A stretch of DNA of 64,000 bases from Euryarchaeota archaeon UBA487 (GCA_002505695.1 DAVU01000014.1:9432-73431); one strand, 5' to 3'; positions 28,041-38,882 are shown, counted from the stretch's first letter. Made by a program: numbers and translations. Notes: generated by a model not told the origin, from the sequence alone.

Positions 28041-29651
28041 ATGGTCAGGCTTCCGACACGCGTGAACAAGACTGATGAGTCTTGGAGAAATCGCCATAAA
28101 TTTAACTCCGAACTAATCAGTGAACTTAGGGACAGGATAAACACCGCGAAGAAAGGAGGAAACGAACGCTCTGTCAAAGTCCACAGGTCCCGTGATAAGT
28201 TGTTGGCGAGGGAAAGAATAGATGAAATCTGCGATCCAGGATCCCCATTCTTGGAACTCTCAACGCTCGCAGGGAATGGGATGTACGATGGGAAGGCTCA
28301 ATCCGCAGGGATTGTGACTGGTATAGGGTTAGTCAACGGACGCGAATGCATGTTTGTGGCAAATGACGCCACTGTAAAAGGCGGATCCTACTACCCAATG
28401 ACTGTAAAAAAGCACATCAGAGCCCAGGAAGTTGCAGAGGCCAACAACCTTCCATGTATCTACTTGGTTGATTCAGGGGGAGCCTTCCTTCCCATGCAGG
28501 ACGAGGTTTTTCCAGACAAAGAACACTTCGGACGAATATTCAGGAATCAAGCCATTCTCTCAAGCAAGGGCATCCCCCAAATATCCGCTGTCTTGGGATC
28601 CTGCACAGCCGGTGGAGCATACATACCCGCAATGAGCGACGAATCGATCATTGTGAAAGGAAATGGAACTATTTTCCTTGCCGGGCCCCCGCTCGTCAAA
28701 GCGGCAACGGGGGAAGAGGTATCATCTGAGGAACTGGGTGGAGCAGATCTTCACACCAGGGAATCAGGTGTGGCAGATCACTATGCAGAAAATGAATTAG
28801 AGGCACTGGGAATGGTGCGTGAGATCGTGAGCCATCTCAATGTGGACCCAAAACAAAGGTTAGATTTCAAGACAGTCTCCCCCCCAGCGCATGATCCAGA
28901 GGATCTTCTAGGGATCATCCCAGAAGATAATCGTACGCCCTTCGACGTTCGTGAGGTCATAGCGAGGATCTTGGATGGTTCGGATTTTCATGAGTTTAAA
29001 CCAAGATATGGAACCACGCTAGTATGTGGTTTCGGCCACCTCCATGGGTATCCCGTGGGTGTCATCGCGAACAATGGGATCCTATTCTCGGAATCATCAC
29101 TGAAAGGGGCTCATTTCGTAGAACTCTGTGGCCAACGCGGGACCCCCCTCATCTTCCTCCAGAATATCTCTGGATTTATGGTTGGAAGGGACGCTGAAGC
29201 AGGCGGGATCGCGAAGGATGGGGCTAAACTAGTCACAGCAGTATCCTGCGTCCCAGTCCCAAAGTTCACAGTAATCATTGGAGGAAGTCATGGAGCCGGA
29301 AATTATGGCATGTGCGGGCGGGCCTATGACCCGAGATTCCTATTCATGTGGCCAAATTCCAGAATTTCTGTGATGGGAGGGCCTCAGGCCGCAGATGTGC
29401 TGACAACCGTGAAACAAGACCAAAGGCATCGCAATGGATCCAGCCCGATGGATCAAGAAGAAGTGCACTCCTTTCGAGCGCCAATCCTACAGAAGTACGA
29501 GGAAGAAGGAAGCCCATATTACTCAACAGCACGATTGTGGGATGATGGGGTTATTGACCCTAGAGACACAAGAGACATACTAGGTCTATGCATATCGGCG
29601 AGCTTGAACTCACCATTCCCAGATCAAAGGTACGGAGTATTTAGGATGTGA
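28041..29651 (+). CDS. Acyl-CoA carboxylase carboxyltransferase subunit (3-methylcrotonyl-CoA carboxylase beta-like)
   Basis: [52 protein letters not shown]. Confidence 0.93.
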   Translation: MVRLPTRVNKTDESWRNRHKFNSELISELRDRINTAKKGGNERSVKVHRSRDKLLARERIDEICDPGSPFLELSTLAGNGMYDGKAQSAGIVTGIGLVNGRECMFVANDATVKGGSYYPMTVKKHIRAQEVAEANNLPCIYLVDSGGAFLPMQDEVFPDKEHFGRIFRNQAILSSKGIPQISAVLGSCTAGGAYIPAMSDESIIVKGNGTIFLAGPPLVKAATGEEVSSEELGGADLHTRESGVADHYAENELEALGMVREIVSHLNVDPKQRLDFKTVSPPAHDPEDLLGIIPEDNRTPFDVREVIARILDGSDFHEFKPRYGTTLVCGFGHLHGYPVGVIANNGILFSESSLKGAHFVELCGQRGTPLIFLQNISGFMVGRDAEAGGIAKDGAKLVTAVSCVPVPKFTVIIGGSHGAGNYGMCGRAYDPRFLFMWPNSRISVMGGPQAADVLTTVKQDQRHRNGSSPMDQEEVHSFRAPILQKYEEEGSPYYSTARLWDDGVIDPRDTRDILGLCISASLNSPFPDQRYGVFRM

Positions 29652-29655
29652 TGAT

Positions 29656-30474
29656 ATGAATGAACCCAGAACAAATCTCTGCGAACTATCATTGAATGGC
29701 CCCCAAGCAACGATTATGTTGAAACGAGTTGAGGCATACAACGCGCTAAACATTGAATTAATCTCCGAGATCACTACACTTCTTGATTGGACTTCTGACC
29801 ACTCTCAAACAAAAGGCGGCTTTCTTCGAGTACTGCATCTCTGTGCGGAAGGGAGACATTTCTGCGCAGGGGCTGATGTTAACATGATGAGGGATGCAGG
29901 ATCAAAGTCGGAGGAGGAAAACAGGAGAGATTCAGAGCGGCTTGACGGCTTGTTCCATCGTCTTTGGTCACATCCCTGCTTCACTATCGGTCGGGTACAA
30001 GGCGTCGCTCTGGGTGGAGGCGCTGGCCTTGTTGCCTGCCTTGATCATGTCATTGCGGAGCCGAACACTAAGATCGCCCTATCAGAGGTAAAATTAGGTA
30101 TCCTCCCGGCTGTGATTGGACCGTACGTCTATAGAAGGCTAGGAAGCGCTAATTTCCGTAGACTTTCGATGCTGGCCGGCAAGATAGACTCGAAGGAGGC
30201 CCTCAGGGTGGGATTCATCGATCAATTGGTTCACTCCGAATCTTCGTTAGCAACGGCCTCAGTTGAGGTCGCCGAGGAGATTTTGACATCCGCGCCGACC
30301 GCAGTTTCGAGAGTGAAGGACCTCACCGCTCGACTTGACAATTGGGATGGAACCGATGAGGCGCTGAGGAGTTGGACCTTGGACTTGACGAGCGAAATGA
30401 GGGGGTCTGTAGAAGGCCAAGAGGGACTGTCAGCGTTTCTAGAAAAAAGGGATCCGAGCTGGAAAAAACACTGA
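29656..30474 (+). CDS. Enoyl-CoA hydratase/crotonase (methylglutaconyl-CoA hydratase-like)
   Basis: FCAGADVNMM, ALGGGAGL, LSEVKLGILPAVIGPYV, EGQEGLSAFLEKRDPSW. Confidence 0.9.
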   Translation: MNEPRTNLCELSLNGPQATIMLKRVEAYNALNIELISEITTLLDWTSDHSQTKGGFLRVLHLCAEGRHFCAGADVNMMRDAGSKSEEENRRDSERLDGLFHRLWSHPCFTIGRVQGVALGGGAGLVACLDHVIAEPNTKIALSEVKLGILPAVIGPYVYRRLGSANFRRLSMLAGKIDSKEALRVGFIDQLVHSESSLATASVEVAEEILTSAPTAVSRVKDLTARLDNWDGTDEALRSWTLDLTSEMRGSVEGQEGLSAFLEKRDPSWKKH

Positions 30475-30493
30475 AAATCGTAGAGGTTTATCC

Positions 30494-31345
30494 ATGACAG
30501 GAACTCCAACAGCCATAGTTCTGGGAATCGCCCAGGATGGCGGAGTGCCACATGCAGGCTGCTTCTGCAGCACCTGTACTTCATTTCACGCTGAATCCAA
30601 GCAGCTCTTCCCCACGTCGATATTTATCAGGGATGAGGATGAACTGCACATCATAGACGTTTCAAGGCAATTAGATGCCCAATCCAGATCTGTCGGGTTC
30701 AACCCAAGAGACATAACCGACATATGGATCACACACGGACATCTTGGGCATATAGACGGCCTCGGCCTGTTTGGGAAAGAGGTGATGGGCCTCAGGGGGG
30801 TCAGACTCCATGCGAGCAAGTCAATGATGAATTTGATTCGTTCAACACCGCGGTTGCAGGATCTATTGGAAACAGGAGTATTCATCGAATCCATATTTGA
30901 GTCAAATATCGAAATTAGAACACATGGGGGACTTACCTTCCTCCCACTCCCTGTCCCACATCGAGATGAATTATCCGACACTCATGCGTTCGTTATCAGG
31001 GGTCCCAGACGATCGCTGCTACACCTTCCAGATCACGATCAATGGGAACTTACACTCAAGAATCACGGTCATAACTCGATCATGGGCTGGTTGTCGGATT
31101 TGAGAGTGGACGTTGCGCTCTTGGACGGCACCTTTTGGAATGAGGAGGAGTTGCCATCACAGGCCCTTGTCCCGCATCCAACAATTGAGGAATCCGTGCG
31201 GAGACTGGGACTTAGGAAAGCCAACTCCCCTGATATCCGATTTATCCACATCAACCATTCAAACCCCATCCTAATGGAGGAAGAACTCCGGCAGAACATG
31301 TCTGGATGGGGATTAGCAGAACAAGGCGAGGCTTTCATCCTCTAA
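30494..31345 (+). CDS. PqqB-like metallo-beta-lactamase-fold hydrolase
   Basis: LGIAQDGGVPHAGCFC, THGHLGHIDG, VPHRDELSDT, LDGTFW, HINHSNP. Confidence 0.85.
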   Translation: MTGTPTAIVLGIAQDGGVPHAGCFCSTCTSFHAESKQLFPTSIFIRDEDELHIIDVSRQLDAQSRSVGFNPRDITDIWITHGHLGHIDGLGLFGKEVMGLRGVRLHASKSMMNLIRSTPRLQDLLETGVFIESIFESNIEIRTHGGLTFLPLPVPHRDELSDTHAFVIRGPRRSLLHLPDHDQWELTLKNHGHNSIMGWLSDLRVDVALLDGTFWNEEELPSQALVPHPTIEESVRRLGLRKANSPDIRFIHINHSNPILMEEELRQNMSGWGLAEQGEAFIL

Positions 31346-31395
31346 CACGGGTGAGCGAAGGAACCATTGAAGGAACCATCAGGGTGCGGTTATCA

Positions 31396-32947
31396 CATGC
31401 GACCTACTGCGTGGATGACAAACTCTCCCCAACCCTATGAGTCCGTGCTCGTCGCAAATCGTGGTGAAATAGCGGTTCGAATATTGAAAGCAGTGCGAGA
31501 ATGTGGGTTGAGGGGCATAGCAATACACAATGACCTAGATCGGGACGGAATGCATTTGGAGTATGCTGACAGTGTCGACCACCTGAGGGGCGAAGACCTA
31601 AGTTCGACCTACCTTTCTCCAGAGGCAATCATCAACTCGGCTAGGAGAACTGGTGCTGATGCGATACATCCTGGCTACGGTTTCCTCTCCGAGAGGGCAG
31701 ACTTCGCCAAGTCAGTATTGGAATCAGGCTTGGTTTGGATCGGTCCTCCTCCCGAGGCAATCAGGTTGATGGGGGACAAAATAAGAGCTCGAGAATCAAT
31801 GATAAAAGCGCAGGTCCCGGTAATTCCCGGAAGGTCGATCAGCATTTCAGATGGTGAGGATCCACTGCCTCAACTAGCAGCGGCTGCGGCGGAGGTCGGA
31901 TACCCACTTCTTCTCAAAGCCAGCGCAGGCGGGGGTGGGAAAGGTATGAGGGTAGTAAATGAGCCAAAACTGCTCAGAACCGAGTATCAGGCCGCTTCTA
32001 GGGAGGCGACCGCAGCATTTGGGAATGGTACGGTATATGTCGAGAGTCTTTTACGTGGCGCGAGGCACATAGAGATCCAGATTTTCGCAGATAGCCACGG
32101 TAATGTAATTCATTTGAACGAAAGGGACTGCTCACTACAAAGGCGACACCAGAAGGTGATTGAAGAAGCACCATCTCCGGCTGTTGATCCAGAGCTAAGG
32201 GAGAAGATGGGCGATGCAGCAATTCAAGCCGCTCGTGCAGTAAATTACGAGGGTGCTGGAACAGTGGAGTTTCTACTCAGTTCCCAGAATGAATTCTACT
32301 TCCTGGAGATGAACACCAGACTGCAGGTAGAGCACCCAGTCACTGAGCTTGTAACCGGCTTGGACCTCGTTCACATGCAGTTGATGACTGCAGCTGGAAT
32401 CGAGTTGCAACTCAGTCAGGACGAGGTATCCTTGAGTGGCCATGCTATGGAGGCAAGGATATACGCTGAGGATCCCTCCACGGGATTCTTGCCGTCAATT
32501 GGTCCAATAGCCAGATTTGACACGCCAGTTGGACCTGGGGTCAGGGTAGATTCTGGTATCAGGAAAGGTGATGAGGTCACAACATCATTCGATCCCATGC
32601 TGGCAAAGATAATCGTTCATGCCCCAGATAGGAATTCTGCCATCCAAAGACTCGATCACGCACTCTCAGAGACAATACTTCATGGAGTCAAGTCAAACAT
32701 AGAATTCTGCAGAGAGATACTCAACACGGAGACCTTTAGGGGACCAGGAGTCACAACTGACTACCTGGAAGGCAGACCCTCAACTCAATCTCAAAACAAG
32801 ACACCTCCTGGCCTAATCGAGATAATTGCGACTGCTGCCGAGAGATTTGGGTTGAGTAAGTCAACAGGAACTCCTCTCGGCAATCAAGACAAGCACTCAG
32901 GACACGAACATGATCCATTCACCACCCTCACTAAGAGGTTCCCATGA
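31396..32947 (+). CDS. Biotin carboxylase subunit of acyl-CoA carboxylase
   Basis: ANRGEIA, HPGYGFLSE, GGGGKGMR, RDCSLQRRHQKV, EMNTRLQVEHPVTE. Start uncertain (31396 or 31415). Confidence 0.93.
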
Positions 32948-32956
32948 GGCATTTTC

Positions 32957-33454
32957 ATGAAGTGGAAATCAGATAACAGCGACAAGATCTGGTCAGTCAG
33001 GCTATTGATAGAGGGGGAGCGAGCCTCAGTTGCGCATCTGAAGTGTGGTGATGAGACCATACAATCAGACGTCACCATAACTTTTGACAAACAATCGGGC
33101 AGCGTATATGTCAATGATGATGGGAAAAAGCTCAATCCAAAGATTACGAAAGTTGGAGATTCATGGTGGGTCACTGTTTCCGGCCAAACTTTCGTTGTGA
33201 CGGAAGCTCTGCATAACTCCAAGTCTACAACTGAGGATCAGGGAGGGTTGACGGCACCAATGCCTGGGATCGTTAGGCAAGTGAATGTCGATACTGGACA
33301 GAAAGTACGGAAGGGCCAACCTTTGATGGTATTGGAGGCAATGAAGATGGAGCATCAGATAATAGCCCCTCAAGCAGGGAAGATCGAAGCAATCCATTAC
33401 AATGAAGGCGACAGAGTCGAAATGGGATCTGTTCTGATATCAATCTTTGAATGA
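32957..33454 (+). CDS. Biotin carboxyl carrier protein with N-terminal BT-like domain
   Basis: APMPG, EAMKM biotinylation motif, GDRV. Confidence 0.93.
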   Translation: MKWKSDNSDKIWSVRLLIEGERASVAHLKCGDETIQSDVTITFDKQSGSVYVNDDGKKLNPKITKVGDSWWVTVSGQTFVVTEALHNSKSTTEDQGGLTAPMPGIVRQVNVDTGQKVRKGQPLMVLEAMKMEHQIIAPQAGKIEAIHYNEGDRVEMGSVLISIFE

Positions 33455-33456
33455 AA

Positions 33457-33888
33457 TCACAGACCCAAGGACCTCGCCAACTCATCAGATCGCGTATCGG
33501 GTAGCTCACACTCCCAGATCACCAGAACCCTCCAGCCCAGTCTTTGCAACTCCGCGTTTTTCCTGATGTCTCTAACATAATTTTTGTTGAATTTTTCCTT
33601 CCAATAGTCTTGGTTACTTTTCGGCAAAGGCAAGTCGCATTTTGGGCATCGATGCCAAAAACAACCATGGACGAAAATGGCCAGTCTCCTACCGGGGTAC
33701 GAAACATCAGGTCTACAGACGTACCTCCCTTCTTCATCATCTATCCTCCAATGAAGCCTGTATCCTGGGAAACCCGCTTCTCTGAGTGCTGCTCTGACGC
33801 GGATTTCGGGCGCAGTGTCCTTGCTTTTGTTGCCCTGCATTACCTTCCGCACGGCAGGGGTTGATGCTGGAGGCGTCCGGTAGACCAT
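33457..33888 (-). CDS. vsr: Very short patch repair (Vsr) endonuclease
   Basis: MQGNKSKDTAPE, RPD, AIFVHGCFWH, PKSNQDYWKEK, LGWRVLVIWEC. ATG 33888 preferred over the 33981 ORF start. Confidence 0.92.
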   Translation of the reverse strand: MVYRTPPASTPAVRKVMQGNKSKDTAPEIRVRAALREAGFPGYRLHWRIDDEEGRYVCRPDVSYPGRRLAIFVHGCFWHRCPKCDLPLPKSNQDYWKEKFNKNYVRDIRKNAELQRLGWRVLVIWECELPDTRSDELARSLGL

Positions 33889-33952
33889 CACACTCACCAA
33901 ACAGAGGTATTCATCAGGATAGCGAAAGGCTGGAGACTCATACAACTTCACC

Positions 33953-36112
33953 TCATTCTGCCTCATTCTTCTCAACTTCAAAACTCATGAGCATCACCCT
34001 TAACTCGTACCTAACCTCTTCACCTTCGTCACTGTGTGGGCATTGACCGTTCCCACCACTGTTAGCATCGACTCTCAGGGATAGAGCGTAGTCACCGTCT
34101 TGTTCCCCCGACGAACTCAGATTCTCTCGAATCTCCCCCTCGGAAAGCCCTGATATATTCCAGGCTTGGGTTCCATTGCCCAGATCATCACCAAATGATA
34201 CACCCGTTACTGTGACTAACCATGAGAAACCAGACCAAAACTCCTCGCTCACAATTCCTATGCCAGTCATCTCATCTCCCTGTACCGATGAAAAGTAGCC
34301 ATTATGCTCCAATTCTCCGATGGTTGAGTCCATCGCGTCGTTGCCAGGGTTGACTGCACATGCTGCTTGTTCTTGGAATGAATTTGGATCAGCCTCCTCG
34401 TTTGTCTCATCATAGGTCCAAACCATTTGTACTTCTGCGACCTGGAAACCGTCTTCTCGATCGATTTGAGTGAGCAGGTAGTCAAAATCAATCGTCTCTC
34501 CATCTCCAATGAATTCCTCATCTTCGACGAGTACCACATTCTCGAATTGAAGGGTTGCAGTATAATTTCCAACATCCCCCATGGCCCCACTATCGCTGGA
34601 TCGGCTGAGGAAATAGCCAACCTCGGCAGCCGACATCGGGGCAAGAATTATCATTGCAGATATTCCGATAATCCGGCCACTTGGCATCGCATATCGACCA
34701 AGGGGGGAGGAATCAGGTGTCCTTATGCGAGTCATGACGAAATGAGCGGTAAAGGCAGCACCCATCCCCGGAACGGATTCAAAAATATCATTGTTCAGTC
34801 CGACAAGCCTCCAAACAATAACAGCCACCAATGCTGAAACCATCATTACGATTGAGTGGAAGGTGTCAGGCTCATACCCCATCCATCGAATGGTAAGCAT
34901 TGGGATGAATATCCCTCCAAGGCCATAAACTGCCAGAACCACCAGCGCAAACACCGAATCTCCACCGGGAATGTATTGGCCGGCAATTGAAATTGTAGTT
35001 GCTAGTAAGGCCACAAGTAATGTGACTACTTTTGTCATCGCATGATTTTGGCTCCATTTCGGAATTATGTCATCAGTGATGGCCGCAGTGCAAGCCAATA
35101 CCTGGCTGTCTGCAGTAGACATCGTCGCCGCAAAAATGGATGCCAAAATCAAGCCAACCCAGAAAGGCCCCAGGGTCTCCATGGCCATCATCGGCAAGCC
35201 TAACTCCGGATCAAAATCCGATGATGTGAAGGTCACCCGACTTGCAAGCCCGATTATGAGCATGAGTAGAATAAATGGGGTTTGCCAGACGAAAAACCAA
35301 ATCATGGCCTGCTTCCTATCTCTATCGGTCCCGAGCGTCATTACCCTAGAGACAACCTGTGGTTGGCCGGCCACTCCAAGTCCCCCCAGGAAGAACGCGA
35401 AAACCCATAGCGTCACTCCAAGTTTCAAGTCCGGTGGAAACATATCAGTTAGGTTCTCATTCTGAGAATCCAAGCCATCGTGGAGCCCATTGAAGCCACC
35501 GACCTCACCCATTGCAACCCAACAAAGTAGGACAGACCCCACAATCATGACACAGGATTGGGCTGCATCAGTCCAAATCGATGCCCGAATTCCTCCCGCA
35601 TAACAATAAGCAACAACCAGAACAAATCCAATCAAGATGCCAATTAGCTCCGACCATCCCATCATCGCAAATAGCGCCTTTCCTCCGGATGTTAGTTGAG
35701 CCGCGGCGTAAACTGACAGAAATAGAACAGACAGTGCGGCCGCCAGCTTAGCCTCAGGAGCCCCACTAACGCGAGATACGAGGGATGAAAGCGATCGGAC
35801 ACCCCTCTCATTTGCTTGCTCTTGGATAAATTTGTACAACCATATCCATGCCACGATCTGTCCAATTGTGGATGCCAGACCTATCCAAATGACAGAATAG
35901 CCGATGGTATACGTGAATCCAATGAACCCGATGAACATGTATCCACTGTTCCAGGTACTAACAGCTGACAATGCCGCCAAACCTGGATGCATTCCACGCC
36001 CTGCAACTAGGTAATCATCCGTGGTGTTCTCCTTGACTCGAATTGAGGAAAGGCCCACGGCTGCGAAGAAACCCATAAACAGGAGGAATGAGAGGATCAG
36101 GATGATCTCCAT
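33953..36112 (-). CDS. Sodium:solute symporter (PutP-like, SSS family) with large C-terminal extracellular domain
   Basis: DYLVAGR, SGYMFIGFIG, GGIRASIWTDAAQ, GQPQVVSR, FAATMSTADSQVL; about 217 aa acidic extension after the last TM. Confidence 0.92.
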   Translation of the reverse strand: MEIILILSFLLFMGFFAAVGLSSIRVKENTTDDYLVAGRGMHPGLAALSAVSTWNSGYMFIGFIGFTYTIGYSVIWIGLASTIGQIVAWIWLYKFIQEQANERGVRSLSSLVSRVSGAPEAKLAAALSVLFLSVYAAAQLTSGGKALFAMMGWSELIGILIGFVLVVAYCYAGGIRASIWTDAAQSCVMIVGSVLLCWVAMGEVGGFNGLHDGLDSQNENLTDMFPPDLKLGVTLWVFAFFLGGLGVAGQPQVVSRVMTLGTDRDRKQAMIWFFVWQTPFILLMLIIGLASRVTFTSSDFDPELGLPMMAMETLGPFWVGLILASIFAATMSTADSQVLACTAAITDDIIPKWSQNHAMTKVVTLLVALLATTISIAGQYIPGGDSVFALVVLAVYGLGGIFIPMLTIRWMGYEPDTFHSIVMMVSALVAVIVWRLVGLNNDIFESVPGMGAAFTAHFVMTRIRTPDSSPLGRYAMPSGRIIGISAMIILAPMSAAEVGYFLSRSSDSGAMGDVGNYTATLQFENVVLVEDEEFIGDGETIDFDYLLTQIDREDGFQVAEVQMVWTYDETNEEADPNSFQEQAACAVNPGNDAMDSTIGELEHNGYFSSVQGDEMTGIGIVSEEFWSGFSWLVTVTGVSFGDDLGNGTQAWNISGLSEGEIRENLSSSGEQDGDYALSLRVDANSGGNGQCPHSDEGEEVRYELRVMLMSFEVEKNEAE

Positions 36113-36191
36113 TGATCTGTCAGGGGAGCCACCCCATGATCAATACCTTGCATCCGACATGACTTTGAGAAGTGGCTGACCGCTGAAAATC

Positions 36192-36443
36192 GTGCCTCTT
36201 CCTTCTTGGAGTCGGATATCTGCCTCGCCGTGGTTTAGGGGGGTATTGATCTACTCAGTATTCAGGGCGGTTTACGGCGCGTTAATCCTGTTGATTACGC
36301 TAGTGCTTGCAACGAGCGATGATGCCCCATGGTGGACTAGCATAATTTTCTTATTGATTTCCATGGTGGTAAGTAGAATCATTTTCAGGCGGTTCAACTC
36401 ATGGTTTCAGAACAGATCGAAAAGTAAGGTTGATGTAGATTGA
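36192..36443 (+). CDS. Small 2-TM hypothetical membrane protein
   Basis: Two hydrophobic helices separated by DDAP and a basic tail; fills the gap between the symporter and serS. Confidence 0.55.
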   Translation: MPLPSWSRISASPWFRGVLIYSVFRAVYGALILLITLVLATSDDAPWWTSIIFLLISMVVSRIIFRRFNSWFQNRSKSKVDVD

Positions 36444-36466
36444 AAATGGATATCGAAAATCAAATG

Positions 36467-37747
36467 CTATTGTTTCGGAAGCAAGATCTTTTTCCCGCGC
36501 ATCGATGGTACTAGAACATCCGGTACGATCACACTCCCATCGTCAGTCTGATACTGTTCCATGATAGCAACAAGCGCCCGACTGGTCGCAACAGCAGTGG
36601 AGTTTAGTGTATGAACGGCCTCATTACCACCACTCTTCCTATACCTCATTTTGAGTCTATTTGCTTGATAATCGGTACAGTTTGAACAGGAGACCACTTC
36701 TTTGAATTCTCCTGCACCAGGCAACCACGCCTCTAAGTCATATTTTCGTGATGCAACAGTACCCATGTCCCCTGTGCAAATATCGACAACGCGATAGTGG
36801 AGTCCCAAACTGTCCCATAGGTCCTTCGCGTTGTTCAACAATTCAGTATGAAAGCCCCACGATTCTTCCGGCTTGCAGATGATTACCTGTTCAACTTTGG
36901 TAAACTGATGAACCCTCCAAATTCCTCTGTCTGACATTCCGTGGGCCCCGACCTCTCTACGAAAGCATGGACTCACTCCCACCAACTTGATTGGCAAATT
37001 GTTTTGTTCAATTACCTCATCCATCATCATTGCAGTAAGAGGATGTTCACTCGTAGCTATGAGATAATATCCATCGGGTTCTACCCCATACATCACGTTC
37101 TCGAAGTCAGATAGGTCTGTGACACCTTCGTATGCCTTCCTATTCATCATCAGTGGTGGTTGTACCAGGGTATATCCTCTGTCGATGAGGAAGTCTGCAG
37201 AGTACTGTTGAAGAGCCATTTCAAGCCTAGCGAGATCCCCCATCAGAAAATACTGTCTTGACCCGGTAATTTTACCTGCTCTGGGGAGGTCAACCCACCC
37301 GTTTTTTTCTATGATTTCATTATGGGTCCTTGGTTTGAAATCAAAACTTGGAGGTTCACCATGCCTGCTGATCTCAACGTTTTTTTGATCATTCTCTCCT
37401 GTTGGCACGTCCTCATGTAATAGATTGGGTATCTGCATCCTTATTGAGTCCCTTTTGAAAATCAACTGTTCTGCTTCCTCCTCGAGGTCTTCAATTTTGG
37501 AACCCAAATTGCTTACCTTACCAAGTATTGCATCGACCTCTTCCTCATCCCCTTTCTTCTTAGCCTCAGAAATCAATCTCGCGGCTGAGTTCCGGGACTT
37601 TCTGAGTTGATCTACCTCAAATCTAACCTCCCTCCATCTACTATCCAAGAGAAGAACTTCATCAATGATGGAGCCGTTGATACCTCGTTTGAAAAAATCA
37701 GCCCTGATTCTATCAGGATCATCTCGGAATATCTGCATGTCCAGCAT
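36467..37747 (-). CDS. serS: Seryl-tRNA synthetase (standard type)
   Basis: MLDMQIFR start, N-terminal coiled coil, YLIATSE, CFRREVGAHG, RVHQFTKVEQ, EVVSCSNCTDYQA, HTLNSTAVA. Confidence 0.97.
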   Translation of the reverse strand: MLDMQIFRDDPDRIRADFFKRGINGSIIDEVLLLDSRWREVRFEVDQLRKSRNSAARLISEAKKKGDEEEVDAILGKVSNLGSKIEDLEEEAEQLIFKRDSIRMQIPNLLHEDVPTGENDQKNVEISRHGEPPSFDFKPRTHNEIIEKNGWVDLPRAGKITGSRQYFLMGDLARLEMALQQYSADFLIDRGYTLVQPPLMMNRKAYEGVTDLSDFENVMYGVEPDGYYLIATSEHPLTAMMMDEVIEQNNLPIKLVGVSPCFRREVGAHGMSDRGIWRVHQFTKVEQVIICKPEESWGFHTELLNNAKDLWDSLGLHYRVVDICTGDMGTVASRKYDLEAWLPGAGEFKEVVSCSNCTDYQANRLKMRYRKSGGNEAVHTLNSTAVATSRALVAIMEQYQTDDGSVIVPDVLVPSMRGKKILLPKQ

Positions 37748-37802
37748 TGGTCCCGACGTTGGGTGATAACCGGCTTTCTTGAGGGATTCGGCGATTGCCA
37801 AG

Positions 37803-38882
37803 TTAGAACAACGATATATCTTGCCAAAGCGCCGTTGGGCCCACGAATATGATTCCTGAAATTATGTACCCCATGATCGCTCCTCCGTTTAGAAGTGGGA
37901 GACCTGGTTGGGCTTCCCCTTTGGCGACGAATGACATCAATTTTGCGTAACCTACCAAGCCACCCAGAAGGGTCCCTATCGCGACCAAGAGCTGACCGAG
38001 ATACATAGTGCCGAATGGGTTGAAGACCTCTCCTCCCACTTCTGGCATGTAGGTCAGGCTCGAGATTACAAGCATCCCGGGGAATATGACATCTCCTAAT
38101 CCCATAAAAAGGGCGTCTCGACCCTTCCCGCCACTATCTTTGCTATCTGGGCTTGGGGGAATTCCTGATCCATCGGGTTGACCCTGGCTTTCTGCCCCCT
38201 TCCTCGTCTTCATGTCTCCCTTTTGCCCAATGAAGCTGTAGCTTGCGTCCTTTGGTGCGACCAAGACAACTGGGAGTTTCAAATCAATCATGGTGTCGGC
38301 AAGCTCAAGCATGTGCTTAGATCGATGCACTGCCCAATAGTCGTAAATTGCAGCTGCAATCATGAATACACAAATCAGTACTGGGACGAAACTAATCCCT
38401 AGCATCACAATAACGCCAGAGCCTACGACCATTCCAACACCGTTCACGACCCACCATTCGGGATATTTGTACAGTGCGACTATGGATAATAGGGAAACGA
38501 CTGGTGAAGCATAGAAAGCGAAACGCCATGGTTCTTGATCTTCCAAGCCGGAAAGCCCTCCAATCAAGGCGAATATTGGTACTGTGGCGTACAGCATTGA
38601 GACCCATAATGCAAAGAGGATGAAGTATTTTATTGCTGCCTGTAGACCTTTTCTTGCGAGCCATATCACGAGTGCTGTGAATAGAAGGATCATCATCAGT
38701 TCAAATATGATATTTTTAGCCTCCGTTGACCCTTCTTCCCCGAAGGCCTTAGCTTCCTCGAAGTTCCAAGCAGGTTGGATAAATATTCCAATACAAATGG
38801 TTGTTACGAACATTCCTGCCATTCCGATCATCGAAGTCCAGGCCATTCCTCCCATTTTCCCGTCTGCCATGGTGGCCCCCAT
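37803..38882 (-). CDS. Presenilin-family (A22) intramembrane aspartyl protease
   Basis: AAIYD (catalytic Asp1), FMGLGDVIFPG (GxGD) and QPGLP (PAL-like); about 9 TM. Start 38882 or 38870. Confidence 0.92.
   Translation of the reverse strand: MGATMADGKMGGMAWTSMIGMAGMFVTTICIGIFIQPAWNFEEAKAFGEEGSTEAKNIIFELMMILLFTALVIWLARKGLQAAIKYFILFALWVSMLYATVPIFALIGGLSGLEDQEPWRFAFYASPVVSLLSIVALYKYPEWWVVNGVGMVVGSGVIVMLGISFVPVLICVFMIAAAIYDYWAVHRSKHMLELADTMIDLKLPVVLVAPKDASYSFIGQKGDMKTRKGAESQGQPDGSGIPPSPDSKDSGGKGRDALFMGLGDVIFPGMLVISSLTYMPEVGGEVFNPFGTMYLGQLLVAIGTLLGGLVGYAKLMSFVAKGEAQPGLPLLNGGAIMGYIISGIIFVGPTALWQDISLF

Noticed and set aside
30494-31345. PQQ biosynthesis locus
   Set aside because: Only a PqqB-like MBL is present; no pqqA/C/D/E nearby.
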